Shown here: positions 1 to 10,898 of the stretch, one piece after another
How the letters are laid out: each line of letters starts with the position of its first letter
Numbering within the stretch: the first letter of the stretch is position 1
NCBI RefSeq assembly: GCF_000142905.1
Contig: NW_013657675.1
Coordinates: forward strand, 558,001 to 622,000
Direction: 5' to 3'
Length of the DNA stretch: 64,000 nt
From: Thecamonas trahens ATCC 50062
Taxonomy: Eukaryota > Protista > Apusomonadida
The notes under the pieces: generated by a model
The model's database searches: none
What the model was told of the DNA's origin: nothing
The model's input: the letters and a program-made list of their open reading frames with translations, nothing else
Position numbers and translations under genes: made by a program

Positions 1-1812
1 GCCCGCGAGTCCAGTCTTGCTGAGCGGGTGGCACAGCTCGAGTCGGAGCTTGCCACCGCCGCCCACGCCGCCGACGCCGCCAAGCACGATGCCGAGCTCG
101 CTGCGCGTGCGGCTGCCGCTGACAAGGAACTGCTCAACATGCAAATTGAGCAGGTGACTCGCGAGCGGCAAGAGGCCAGTGCGCGTGCGGCCGAGCTGAC
201 GCCAGCGCTTACACGGGTCGCCGAGCTCGAGGCCGAGCTTGAGCGCCTGCGCCTTGCGTCGTCGCGCGACGCCGACGCCGCCGCTGACGCCGCCACCCTG
301 CAGGCTGAGCTTGCTCGCCTTTCGAACCTGCAGGCCCAGGTTCACGAGCTCGAGCGGACAAACACGGCGCTGGCGGCCAAGGCCCAGAACACGGCGCTGC
401 TCGAAGAGCGGGTCGAGAGCCTGCAGGCTGCGGCCGGAACCGCCGACGCGCTTCGTGCGGCGCTCGCAGATGCCAAGGCCGCGGTAGCTAGGCACGATGA
501 AGAGCGTGAGGCCTGGGCAACGCTCCTCCGTGAGCGCGACTTGCTGAGCTCGTTCCCGACGCCCGCAGCCATCGTGGCCCACCTTGTCGAGCTGCAGGAC
601 ACGGTGCTCCACCTCAAGTCGTCGTCGTCAACGAGCTCAACCCAGCTCAAGCTGAAGGACACCCACACTGACGCGCTCACGGAGCAGCTCATTCACGCCA
701 ACCAGCAAGCCGAGATGTACGCTGCGGCACTGGCTGAGGCACAGGCGGCTCTGAAGCGGGCCGAGCGGGCGACTCGAGTGGCGAGTGCCGAGCGCGACGG
801 ATACAAGAACATGCTCGCGGCGTACGAGGACGACGACGGTGAGGCTGCCGAGGACGCGGCGCGCAAGGACGAGTCCAAGGTTCCCGCGCTCAAGGCCATG
901 GTCTCGGCGCTCGAGACACAGGTTGCCGAGCTCAGCGCCGAGCTTAAGCAGGCGTCGGAAGCACAGCGGACGGCACTCCGCCGAGCGCAGGTCGCCGAGG
1001 CGCAGGCTGACTCGGTCGCGCCGGCACCAGTCCCGATGGACCTCACAGGCAGCTTTGCACCGTCGCGGTCGCCAGTCAAGGGCGCAGGCGGCGAAGCTGG
1101 GTCCGGAACGGTGGCGGCGAGCGAGAGTGAGCTCGCACGAGTCCGTGAGGAGAACCTCGTGCTCAAGGCCGAAAATGAGAAGCTCGGCGCAGCCCTCCTC
1201 AAGGCCGAGACGCTAGCGGCCAAGCTCGAGGCTGCGGTCGGAGCTGGCTCGTTCAACGCCAAGACAACCAAGGTTCTGCACTTCAAGTCGAATCCGGCAG
1301 CAGCAGCGGCCAAGGCGGCGGCGGCGGCGCAGGAGCGCGAGCTCGACGAGCTCCGTGCGGCCAACAAGGCGCTGAAGGAGGCGCTGGTACAGCAGCAGAG
1401 CGGGGCGGCGTCGCCGATTGCGCCACAGGCGCCGCACATTGCTCAGCTCCGCGAGCGGGTCAACGAGCTCGAGGTGGCGCTGGCGCAAGCGGCGACCAAG
1501 AACACTCGGCTCAAGGAGGTCTTTGCCAAGATGTCGGCCGAGTTCAAGGAGGTGACGTACCTGCTCCTCGGCTTCCAGATCGACATGAAGGACCAGGGCC
1601 GGTACCGACTTCGGTCGATGTACGCCGAACACAAGGACGACGTGCTGTACTTTGCCAAGTCGGACGAGGGCACGATGCACTTGCTAGAGACGCCGTTTGC
1701 CGCCTCGCTTGGTGACGAAGTCGATGCCTACCTCCGGCGCTGCCACTCGATCCCTGCCTTTCTCTCGCATGTCACGACCAAGCTCTTTAACTCGCTCACG
1801 GTCCAGCCGTGA
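1..1812 (+). CDS. MAD1: Spindle assembly checkpoint protein MAD1 (5' end outside window)
   Basis: Long coiled coil, then KVLHFKSNP (Mad2-binding region) and the C-terminal RLKEVF...YLLLGFQID...YRLRSMYAE...SIPAFLSHVT RWD-like domain. Frame is open from the window start. Confidence 0.9.
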   Translation, partial: ARESSLAERVAQLESELATAAHAADAAKHDAELAARAAAADKELLNMQIEQVTRERQEASARAAELTPALTRVAELEAELERLRLASSRDADAAADAATLQAELARLSNLQAQVHELERTNTALAAKAQNTALLEERVESLQAAAGTADALRAALADAKAAVARHDEEREAWATLLRERDLLSSFPTPAAIVAHLVELQDTVLHLKSSSSTSSTQLKLKDTHTDALTEQLIHANQQAEMYAAALAEAQAALKRAERATRVASAERDGYKNMLAAYEDDDGEAAEDAARKDESKVPALKAMVSALETQVAELSAELKQASEAQRTALRRAQVAEAQADSVAPAPVPMDLTGSFAPSRSPVKGAGGEAGSGTVAASESELARVREENLVLKAENEKLGAALLKAETLAAKLEAAVGAGSFNAKTTKVLHFKSNPAAAAAKAAAAAQERELDELRAANKALKEALVQQQSGAASPIAPQAPHIAQLRERVNELEVALAQAATKNTRLKEVFAKMSAEFKEVTYLLLGFQIDMKDQGRYRLRSMYAEHKDDVLYFAKSDEGTMHLLETPFAASLGDEVDAYLRRCHSIPAFLSHVTTKLFNSLTVQP

Positions 1813-1955
1813 CCGCCTGAGCGTACGCCGTGCCCCGCATCGCACCTGCTCACTGCGCGAAAAACGCGAGATGGCCGGCTGTGCCCGCTGCGGCAGCGGC
1901 TTGTGACGCTTGGCGCCGGACTTTGCCCTGCGGAGCTTGGACGCCGCGGACCGCA

Positions 1956-4751
1956 CTATGTGCGTGTTGGACGGCGCCGCCGTGGTTCGCCAGTCAGATC
2001 CACAACCACGACCTCGGCGCTGGCAGCGCTGGGCTTGGTCGCCTCGGGAGCAGTCCGCTTGCGCTTGGATGGCACGGGAGGGGCAGGCTGAACAGGCGGC
2101 GCGGGTGGTGGGCTAAACGATGCCATGAGCTCGGGAGCAATCGGCCGTGATGCGGCTCTGCTCTGGGAGGCCATCTCGAACGGCGACGCCGGCTTGGCCT
2201 TGGCCTTGGCCTTGGTCACCAGCGAGGCCGCGGATGCAAAGGGCGAGCTAGCAGTAGAAGCGGCGGCGGATGGGCGCGGACGCGAGTGGAGGCGCGGGCG
2301 CGGGCGCGGACGATTGGGTCCGCGCGGCGGAGCGGTAGAGGAAGATGCTGCAGCGCGGGCTTGCGCAGTCTTGTGAACCTGGCGAGCGGTGACAAAGCCC
2401 TGAGGGGCTGATGCCGGGATGGCGGCACGCGAGTTGGGGGCACGACGAAGCGCAGCCGACCCGGCCGGGGCATCGTCAGCCTTGACGTGCGCTAGCGCGT
2501 CGGGCGGAAGGTCGGCGAGAAATGGTGAGGGCCGGCCGGAGAACGAAATGAAGAGGCGCGACTTGGCGCGGGTCATGGCAACGTGCAAGAGACGGCGCTC
2601 CTCGTCGAGTTTTTCCTCGGCGTCAGAGTCTGAGCCGCCGAGGGCAGCCGAGCCGCCGGCGGTAAAGGGCATGACGCCTGCAGCGGCGGCGATGATAAAG
2701 ACAACTTTCCACTCGAGGCCCTTGGCGCGGTGGATGGTCGAAAAGGTGATACCCGAGACAGCATCGTGGGCGACAAGGTCGAGTGCGTGCTCAGGCACCA
2801 TCGGCTTGCCAACGAGCGACCGCGCAAAGGCGGCAGCAAGCGGGAGCAGACCACGGCCGGCCGACGGCCCGGCGTCCGGGAGCGTAACTCGGGCCTGAAA
2901 CTTGGTGGCCACGTCGAGGAGCTGGTCGAGCGCGGCCAGGGCCTTGGCGCATGATCGGGCAGCGGCGGCGCGGGCTGTGGTTTGGGCCTCGGACTGCGAT
3001 TCGGACTCGGTCGGAGCCGGCAGGCTGGCATGGACACGCTTGAGGTGACTCTTGTACTTGGAGGCGGCAATAGTGGTGGCGACGACCGAGCGCAGGTCGA
3101 GGACGCCGCCCGAGGCGGCGCCTGCGATGGCGTCGATGGTCTTGACAAAGGCGCCGACAGCTCCACGCTGGGCACGCTTCAGCAGCGGGCTTCGCGCCAG
3201 CGAGCGGGCGGCGGCCATGAGGGAGGCGTTGGGCCCGGTCCGTGCTCGCCGCAGCGCGCTCAGCGTGACCTTGCCGATTGAGCGCGCCGGGACGTTGATC
3301 ACCCGCTCAAAGGCGTCGTCGTCAGACTCGTCGACGGCAAGGGCGAGATACGCAGCGATGTTGCGGATCTCAGGCCGCTGGACAAGCGCACTGCCGCCAG
3401 CGCCAACGTAGGGGATGCCGTCGTCGTCAAGTAGAACCATGAGGGCCTGGCGGACAAAGTTGTTCTTCGAGTTGCGGAAGAGGACGCCGATGTCGCCAGG
3501 CCGGCTTGCGCCCGACGTGAGCAGCTGCTTGATTTGCTCAAAGACAAGTGCGGCCTCGCCATCGGACGAGCTTGCCTCGAGGACGTGGATTGGCTGGCCC
3601 TGCGACTTGCGGGAGAAAAGGGCCGGCGACGAAGTGTCGTGGCCGGCCGGCCCGCGGCTGCGCTTGGGCCCGGCCCGCGACGCCGCCTTGAGCAGATGCG
3701 CGGCAGCCGCCACAATGGTCCGTGTCGAGCGGTAGTTCTCGCGAAGCTTGATGACTTTGCACTTGCGGTCGGCAGAGCCAAAAAGCCGCATAAACTCGAG
3801 GATACACCGCGAGTCGGCGCCGCGGAACGAGTAGATCTGCTGATTTTGGTCGCCAACGGCGGTGATCGACGCCGCTGAGTCCGGGTGGTTGACCATGGCA
3901 CCGAGCACCCGCCACTGCATCAGCGACGTGTCCTGGAACTCGTCGACCAGAATGCAGGTATAAGCAGAGGCAAACGTCCGCGCCACTTCGGCATCGCCCT
4001 CAAGCAGCTTGACGGCGAGCTGGATCATGTCGCCAAAGTCGATGGCGCCCTGCTCGGCGAGCGCAGCCTCGTAGCGCACGTACGCTGCCGGCAGATGCAA
4101 GTTCGGATGCTGCTTGACCTCGGGCGCATCTGGGCCGAGACCGCGGACCTTGCACGCGGCAATGAGTTTGGCCATCTCGCCAGCGACGCCGCGCGTGACG
4201 CCCGAGTGGTCGCCGTGTGAGCGGCGGATGGCGGCGAGGCACTCTTGCAGGATGTCCAGGATCTGCGGCTGGGAAATAGTCCGCAGCGAAGTGATCTCCG
4301 AGTTCCCGCCCGCACCGCGCATTGCCTGTGCATTGCGCGCAAACCGCGAGACAAGGCGAAAGCAGAACGAGTGGAACGTCCGCACATCGAGCTTGTCCAC
4401 CGTCGCCTTGTCGTCGTCGAGCGCAGCGAGTATGCGCTCCTTCATCTCGTCGGCAGCCTTGGTGGTAAAAGTGACAGCCAGAATCCGTCTCGGGGGGACT
4501 CCACTCCGCACCATGTGCACAATCCGCTCGGTCAGCGTCCGCGTCTTGCCCGACCCGGCCCCGCTACCGCCGTACAGATTGGGTGAGTGTGAGTGGGTGA
4601 GCGAGAACTACGACCTTTTTCACCCCACGCTTGTACACACGCACACACGCACACCCAAGCTCCCCATGTACGTACCCAAGACCAGCAAGTTCCCGGTAAT
4701 GTCGTAGGTGACAGCCTCGGCTTGGTCGTCATTGAGATTGACCGCGCTCAT
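1956..4751 (-). CDS. UvrD/Rep/Srs2-family SF1 DNA helicase, 2 exons (4751-~4676, 4563-1956)
   Basis: Exon 1 MSAVNLNDDQAEAV..LLVL; Walker A GAGSGKT; AVTFTTKAADEM, TFHSFC, VDEFQDTS, VGDQNQQIYSFRGA, ENYRST, STIHRAKGLEW, EERRLLHVAMTRAK. Confidence 0.93.
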
Positions 4752-4981
4752 GCCCGCAGGGCCCAAGCCGAGTGCGAGTGCGGTGGCGGGGCCGGGGCCG
4801 GGGGCGGTGACGCGGGGGCGGTGGCGGCGGCTGAACTTGATCAGATCCGATCGGGCCGCCCGGCTCCCGGCTAGCCAGGGTCAAGATGAGTGCATGCGCG
4901 AGGAGACGCAAGACACGAGGTCAAGGCTGGGGTCGAGGCCGTGGCTGGCAACTCGACTCTGGGGCAAGGTAGGCAGCAGAC

Positions 4982-6154
4982 ATGGAGGGAGCAGGCGAGG
5001 AACGTGGCGGGAAGCGGGCGCGGAGCGGAGGAGCGCGGTGGGCGTCGGACGGAGCTCCCGGAGGCTACTTTGCGGCGTACTCAGCGCCGGGCATCCATGC
5101 GGACATGCTGGCGGATCGGGTGCGGCTGGAGGCGTACTTTGCCGCACTGAACGCGGGCGCGGTGGAGGGCAAGGTTGTGCTGGATGTCGGGACTGGGACC
5201 GGCGTGCTGGCGTGCATGGCGGCCAAGGCCGGAGCGGCCAAGGTGGTTGCCGTCGACGGGTCGGCGGCGGCGGCGGCGGCGGCCGAGGCCATGGTGGCCG
5301 ACAACGGCCTGGGCCACATCGTGACAGTTGTCTGCTCGCCAGTAGAGGAGCTGGAGCTGGAGGAGGCCTCGGTTGACGTCATCGTCTCCGAATGGATGGG
5401 CTACGCGCTCATCTACGAGTCGATGCTCCCGTCGGTGGTCTTTGCCCGCGACGCCTTTCTCAAGCCGGGCGGCCTGGTCCTGCCGTCGCGGGCGCTGCTT
5501 TATGCGGTCCCGTTCACCTCGCACACTGGAATGGTGGAGGAGCTTGATTCGGCGAGCGCCACCGCAGCGGTGCCGGAGCTTGCACTGCTCGACGCGTGGG
5601 ACGCGCAGCAGCGGTTCGGGCTGCGCTGGCGGGCGCTGCGCCCATTCTTTGCCTCGGGCTCGGGCGGACTGCCCGACGCGGCGACGGCGGCAAGACTCAC
5701 TGTTGACGAGCTTGAGCCCGAGCTGGTCGCCGCCGAGCCGGGACTGGTCCTGGATCTGGACCTCAGCACGGTGGCCGCCACCGAGCTGGTGGCTGGCGCG
5801 GCGACGCTGAGCGATCTTGTCTTTTCCACCCGCGCGACTATGGGCACTCCGCTGGCAGGCATCTGCCTCTACTTTGACACTGTCTTTGAGGCCGCCGACG
5901 TTGTGCTCACCACCTCGCCGCTCTCACCGCCGACCCACTGGGCGCAGACGCTGCTGCATCTGCCGGCTTCGGCCCACCGCCAGCTCGACCTCGACTCGCA
6001 TGTCTCGGGCCGCATCTCGCTCCTCCCAGACTTTGCGCCGGGCCAGGAGCGCAACCTCGCCATTCATCTGGAGCTCGACGAGCATGGCGAGCCTGGCCCG
6101 CGCTACGCCTTTCTCCTCGATGCCGTTGAAGTCCGGGCGGCGCGGGCGCCGTGA
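4982..6154 (+). CDS. Type I protein arginine N-methyltransferase (PRMT1/6-like)
   Basis: HADMLADRVR, VLDVGTGTGVL, VDVIVSEWMGYALIYESML double-E loop, THW loop. Confidence 0.92.
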   Translation: MEGAGEERGGKRARSGGARWASDGAPGGYFAAYSAPGIHADMLADRVRLEAYFAALNAGAVEGKVVLDVGTGTGVLACMAAKAGAAKVVAVDGSAAAAAAAEAMVADNGLGHIVTVVCSPVEELELEEASVDVIVSEWMGYALIYESMLPSVVFARDAFLKPGGLVLPSRALLYAVPFTSHTGMVEELDSASATAAVPELALLDAWDAQQRFGLRWRALRPFFASGSGGLPDAATAARLTVDELEPELVAAEPGLVLDLDLSTVAATELVAGAATLSDLVFSTRATMGTPLAGICLYFDTVFEAADVVLTTSPLSPPTHWAQTLLHLPASAHRQLDLDSHVSGRISLLPDFAPGQERNLAIHLELDEHGEPGPRYAFLLDAVEVRAARAP

Positions 6155-6377
6155 CGACAGGCACCGCTCACCACAGGTCTTCTACTCGCAGTCGCTAACA
6201 GGCCCGGACGCAGATGCGGATGCGATGCCAAGACAGGATGTGGGGAGGGTCGATGATTGCTTGTGCATGTATCCAATCGCACGATGTGGCTAGGAGGCGG
6301 AGCGAGTCTGCGTGTCAAAGAGTGCCTGCGATTATTAGACGACAACACTTGGCTTTCGAGGGAAGAGGAGAGGAGCA

Positions 6378-7669
6378 ATGATTGCTTACGACCCCAAGAA
6401 CTGGACCATTTTCCTCCGCTATGTCCTCCCCTCGTCCGGCTCTGTCCTCTTTCTCGTCTGGCCACAAGTCCTTCTCACCTTTGTCACCTCCGTCATCATT
6501 GTTATCGTCAACGAGCACTCGTCTGGCTCTGTACGCCTCCTTACAACCCCCCCCCCACCTCCCTCGCCTTCCCCCTCTTCTGCCAACCCCCGCCCTCGGT
6601 TTGCTCAACTGGGATCCCGCCGACCATGCATTAATTCTCCATTCATTAATGCTTGCCCAAGTCAGCCACCACCACCACCACCACTACCACCACCACCACT
6701 ACCACCACTACCACCACCGCCAACACCGCCAACAACAACACTCCCACCTCAGCAAGCTCCCTTCTCCATCCCTCTCTTCTTTCACATACTCACCCCCTCT
6801 CCCCTTTTCTGTAGGACTCGGCGCGCACGGGCGTGGTTGTCCCACCCAATGCTCACAAACTTGTCGGCTCAACGCTGGCGTTTCTGATTGTGCTGAGGTC
6901 GCGGCTGGCGCTGGTGCGGTACGGTGAGGCGCGGATGTGGCTGGGCAAGATGTCCAAGGCTGTGCGTAATGTGTCGCGGGAGATTTCTGACTATGAGAGC
7001 TCGCTGCTGGCTATGGAGCTGTCTCGGTATCTGCGGCTGTTTATGGCGCTGACCCGGCTGCAGCTCCGCGACGAGACACACTTGTTTGGCAACCCGAAGT
7101 ATGTGGCGCCCGAGCTGTACACTGCCGATGAGAAGAAGATTTTGGAGGGTGTGGCGCGGCGCCCGCTCAAGATCCTGGGGTGGATGGAGGCGACGGTCGA
7201 CGCCATGTCGCAGGCCGGGCTCATCTCGCAATTCCGCGAGTTCCAGTTTGTGACCCACATCGAGACGCTCGGGCAGTCGTTCCAGGGCTCGAACAAGATC
7301 CGTGCACTCCAGCTGCCGCTGCCGTACGCGCAGCTCCTCACTTACTTTCTGGGCCTCTACGTCTACACGCTGCCGTTTGTGCTGGTGGCCACCATGGGCC
7401 GGGCAACGCCGATTGTGGCCGGCCTCTTTGCCATCATTCTCTTCGGCATCAACTCGGTTGCCAAGCAACTGGCGGACCCGTACGGGTATGACGCCAACGA
7501 CCTGCCTATTGACCAGCTCGAGAACGCCGTCGCCGAAGACGTGCAGTACGACCTGCACCGCAACGGCCACGTCGCCACCGAGGGCAACATCCGCCTCGAC
7601 ATCGACACCGAGTACTCGTCAAAGTCGGTCGACCTCATCGACACATCCGACGACGGCCTGATGGTCTGA
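6378..7669 (+). CDS. Bestrophin/YneE(VCCN)-like anion channel, 2 exons (6378-6530, 6815-7669)
   Basis: A GTACGC..TAG phase-0 intron joins the frames. RYGEARMWLG, KIRALQLPLPYAQL and LADPYGYDANDLPID motifs. Confidence 0.85.
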
Positions 7670-7902
7670 AGGTCCACTGCTTCTGCATGCATGCTTGCCG
7701 GCCCGCCTCTCCACTTGCCATCGCCCTGCCCCGCCACGTCCGTTCCACCTCCGCTCTTCCCCCAGCCTTCCTCTCCACCTGCTGGTGTGGTCAATAAAAG
7801 TGCAAGCTGTCAGTGTAGGCTTTCTTCTCTACGTCCGTTCGCTCTCCGTCTCGAGGGCCCACGCATGGCAGCGCGCGAGGCCCGTGGGCGGAAGGGTAAG
7901 CA

Positions 7903-9169
7903 TCAGAACTGCGGCATTGGCACCAGCTGCGACTTGTCCAGGCCTCGGATGTTGGTGTCAAGGAGCTTCTGTCGCTTGTTAGAGTTGTTCGAGGCAGCCG
8001 GAAGCGCGTGCTTGGCCGAGGTAACGGCGTTCATGACGGCGACGTCCTCCTTCTCTAGCTCGCGAGCGAGTGCAAGTTCGTCGTCGGGCAGGCGGATGTT
8101 CTGATACATCTCCCGGAACTCGCTGTCGAGCTCGTAGCGCTCACCAAAGTAGTACAGGGTGGTGCCCTTCTTGGCAGGACCCTCGGGAATCTCGATGACG
8201 CTGCCGACGCGGACAAGGCGGTCGATGTCCCGCTCGACCTCCTTGTACGCATTGGCAAAGTCCGACCGCCAGATGGGGGTGTATGAGGCCTTGATAAAGG
8301 CCAGCAACTCGCGAATGGTGCTGATCCCGGTCTTGGCGACGTATTTGACGGTCAGCTGGACCGGCTTAAACTCGAGCCGCGGGTTCCGGCCCAGCGCGTC
8401 GAGCAGCTTCTGGTCCGACACAATGCGGAACTGGAGCTCGGTCTCGAGGTCCACAAGCAAGGCCTCGGTCTCGCGCGGCCGCGCCTCCATCGCCATGATG
8501 ATCTTGCGGATCTTGACCGGCCGCGCCGGCTCGGCGGCCGCGCGCACGCTGGAGATGTCGCTATCGGTGAGGACCACCATGTCCAGCTCCTCCGACGGAG
8601 TCGCGCCAGCAGGGAGCCCTTGTGCAGCGGTCGGATCAGGTGTAGCAGGAGCGCCAGAGACGGCACTCTCTGGGCGACCCTTGAGCGCAGACTTGCGGCC
8701 GGCTCGGAGACGGGCGGCCTCGAGATCAAACTCTGTGCGGAAGCGGCGGTACTCTGAGCGATCGATCTTTTTTGCCACAATAAAGTCTTCCACAGCATGA
8801 ACAAGCTCCGGTGGCGCCGGCTGGATCTTGACACGCTCCTGACCTTGCAGCAGCGGGCATGAGCACCTTCGATGAGGCCACCCATGGCCTCTGCCGCCTC
8901 TCCAGCCGCCGACAGTAGCTCCTTCTCTGCTCTCTCCAGCGCCTTGATGGCTTCATACACCTTTGCTGATCGCTTGGTGTACTTACGTCTGTTCAGCGCT
9001 TGCTGCCGCAGCCGCAAGTTGGCCTGTGGTGGAGTTGACGGGGTGAGGGTGCGGGTGAGAGGGGAGGAGGGGGGAGGGGGTGGAAGTGGGGGAGGGGGGT
9101 AAGGGCAAGACGTACCTGCTTCTGACGCTTGCTCCATCCCAGCTCCTCCTCCTGTCCGTACGCAGCCAT
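7903..9169 (-). CDS. GTF2E2: Transcription initiation factor TFIIE beta subunit (exon 1 9169-9116; exon 2 from 9023 with an apparent frameshift near 8856)
   Basis: Winged-helix core LLDALGRNPRLEF..YVAKTGISTIRELL..ELDSEFREMYQNIRLP matches Tfa2/TFIIE-beta. The 5' structure is inferred. Confidence 0.75.
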
Positions 9170-9526
9170 GGTAGGTGACTCGTAGTCGGCCAGGGAGGGT
9201 GGCAAGGAGTGGCCGTGGGTGGGCGACGAGTGGTTCAATGGTTGGTTTGGGTTGGGGCGGGGGGGCAGGGGGGGGGGGGGAGGGGGAGGGGGGGAGGGGT
9301 CACAGAGGGTGATCAAGACGACTTGACGGTGGGTGGGAGGGTTAGGGAGAGGGAGGTAGGTGGCTGAGGCGGTGCGGGGAAGGAGGATGAGTGGAGATAG
9401 GGGGAATATCGGGCGTTAGTTACGGGCGGTGGAGTGTGTGGAGATGGTTGTAGTGGTTGTAGGCTGGGTGATGGGGAGGGGGGGGGAGGGGGGAGTGGGG
9501 GGGGGGGCGGGGGGGGGGGGAGGTGT

Positions 9527-9590
9527 GCCACCAGTCGACGGCCACCAGTCGACGGCCACCAGTCGACGGCCACCAGTCGACGGCCACCAG
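9527..9590. repeat. 14-bp tandem repeat GCCACCAGTCGACG x4.5 between divergent genes
   Basis: Perfect copies start at 9527, 9541, 9555 and 9569, with a partial copy at 9583. Confidence 0.95.
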
Positions 9591-9736
9591 GCACACGCAC
9601 GCACACTATCTTGCCCTCAACACCTCTCCACATCGACACCACCACCACTACCACCACCACCACCCTCCTCAAACACACACGCATACACACACACACACAC
9701 ACACATACATAGCTACACGCAGCGGAAGGAACAGTC

Positions 9737-10807
9737 ATGGAAACAAGTAGTAGCGGGCAAGAGACTGGAGAGTGGCAAGTCGGAGGGGAAGAGGTTGCGA
9801 CACTGCGACGGATTGTGGCCAAGAGAGTCCGTGTCGAGTACTTGGTCGAGTGGCAAGATGAAGCTGGGTTAGAGAACGCTACCTGGGAACTGGCAGAGAA
9901 CTTGCCAGAGTCCATCATTAATCTCTTTGACACAGGCGAGTCTCTGGCAGAGCTCACTCCACCTGTCCGTCGCCCGCTGCATCCGCTGTCAAAGGCTGCC
10001 TCGCGTGAAGTCCTGCAACAGGCCATGTTTGTGGTGTGTGACGACGATGATGATGGTGGTATGAGGGAACGTGATGATGACCCTGGAGCGGCGACGGCCA
10101 AGACCAGCGACGGCGCAGCCAATGCGACGGCCAGGCACAGCAATGACGCCGGCGGCAGCAACAGCGTGGTGATCATGGACGACAGCGGCGACGAGGCAAG
10201 GGCGGGTGTAGAAGACGAAAAGGCGGCGCAGCAACAGCTGAAGCGGAAGCGCAAGAGCGACCACAAGCAGCGCAAGGCCAAGAAGGCGCTGCGAAAGGCG
10301 CAGCGCGACGCAGTCCGGCGGCGAAAGGCCATGATGGCGTCGTCGGCAACATCATCAATCGGGTCGTCAGACTCGGAGGAGCCACCGCGGAAGCGGGCCA
10401 GATATCGGGCGGGTGAGCGAGCCGTCCGGGTCTTCACCTCCACGGCCGAGGGAACCGACATGGCGTTCCTCCAGCGGCTGGGCACGCTCTCGACTGGCGC
10501 CGACATCTACGAGCTTGTCCAGCGAATGCACAAGCTCTCGTCAAGCGCCTTTTCCCTCCACACCTACTCTAGCGACGTCACCATCCACCGCAACGACAAG
10601 CACCACCTTCGCGAGTACCTCGCCAAGCCCGAGAGTGACGACGCACTCACGGTTGTCATTGTCCCGCTCGTCGAAGTCTGCCTCACATCGTCGACGGGCG
10701 CGGCCATTACCCTTGAAGTCGAGCCTCACATTGTCGACGCAATCACGGCGCTCTCGGACGAGCAAAAGGTCAAGCTGGCGGATCTCCGCCTCGAGGGCAT
10801 AAAGTAG
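9737..10807 (+). CDS. Chromodomain-containing protein with basic NLS-like region
   Basis: RRIVAKRVRVEYLVEWQDEAGLENATWELAENL chromo signature; KRKRK/RKRAR basic tracts. Confidence 0.7.
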   Translation: METSSSGQETGEWQVGGEEVATLRRIVAKRVRVEYLVEWQDEAGLENATWELAENLPESIINLFDTGESLAELTPPVRRPLHPLSKAASREVLQQAMFVVCDDDDDGGMRERDDDPGAATAKTSDGAANATARHSNDAGGSNSVVIMDDSGDEARAGVEDEKAAQQQLKRKRKSDHKQRKAKKALRKAQRDAVRRRKAMMASSATSSIGSSDSEEPPRKRARYRAGERAVRVFTSTAEGTDMAFLQRLGTLSTGADIYELVQRMHKLSSSAFSLHTYSSDVTIHRNDKHHLREYLAKPESDDALTVVIVPLVEVCLTSSTGAAITLEVEPHIVDAITALSDEQKVKLADLRLEGIK

Positions 10808-10898
10808 TGCCAGACAGAAGCCGAGACGGCAAAGATGCGGGCTAGGGGTGCACAATAGGCCGCGTTTTACAACTCGTGACAGCCAAAGCTCGAGCGCA

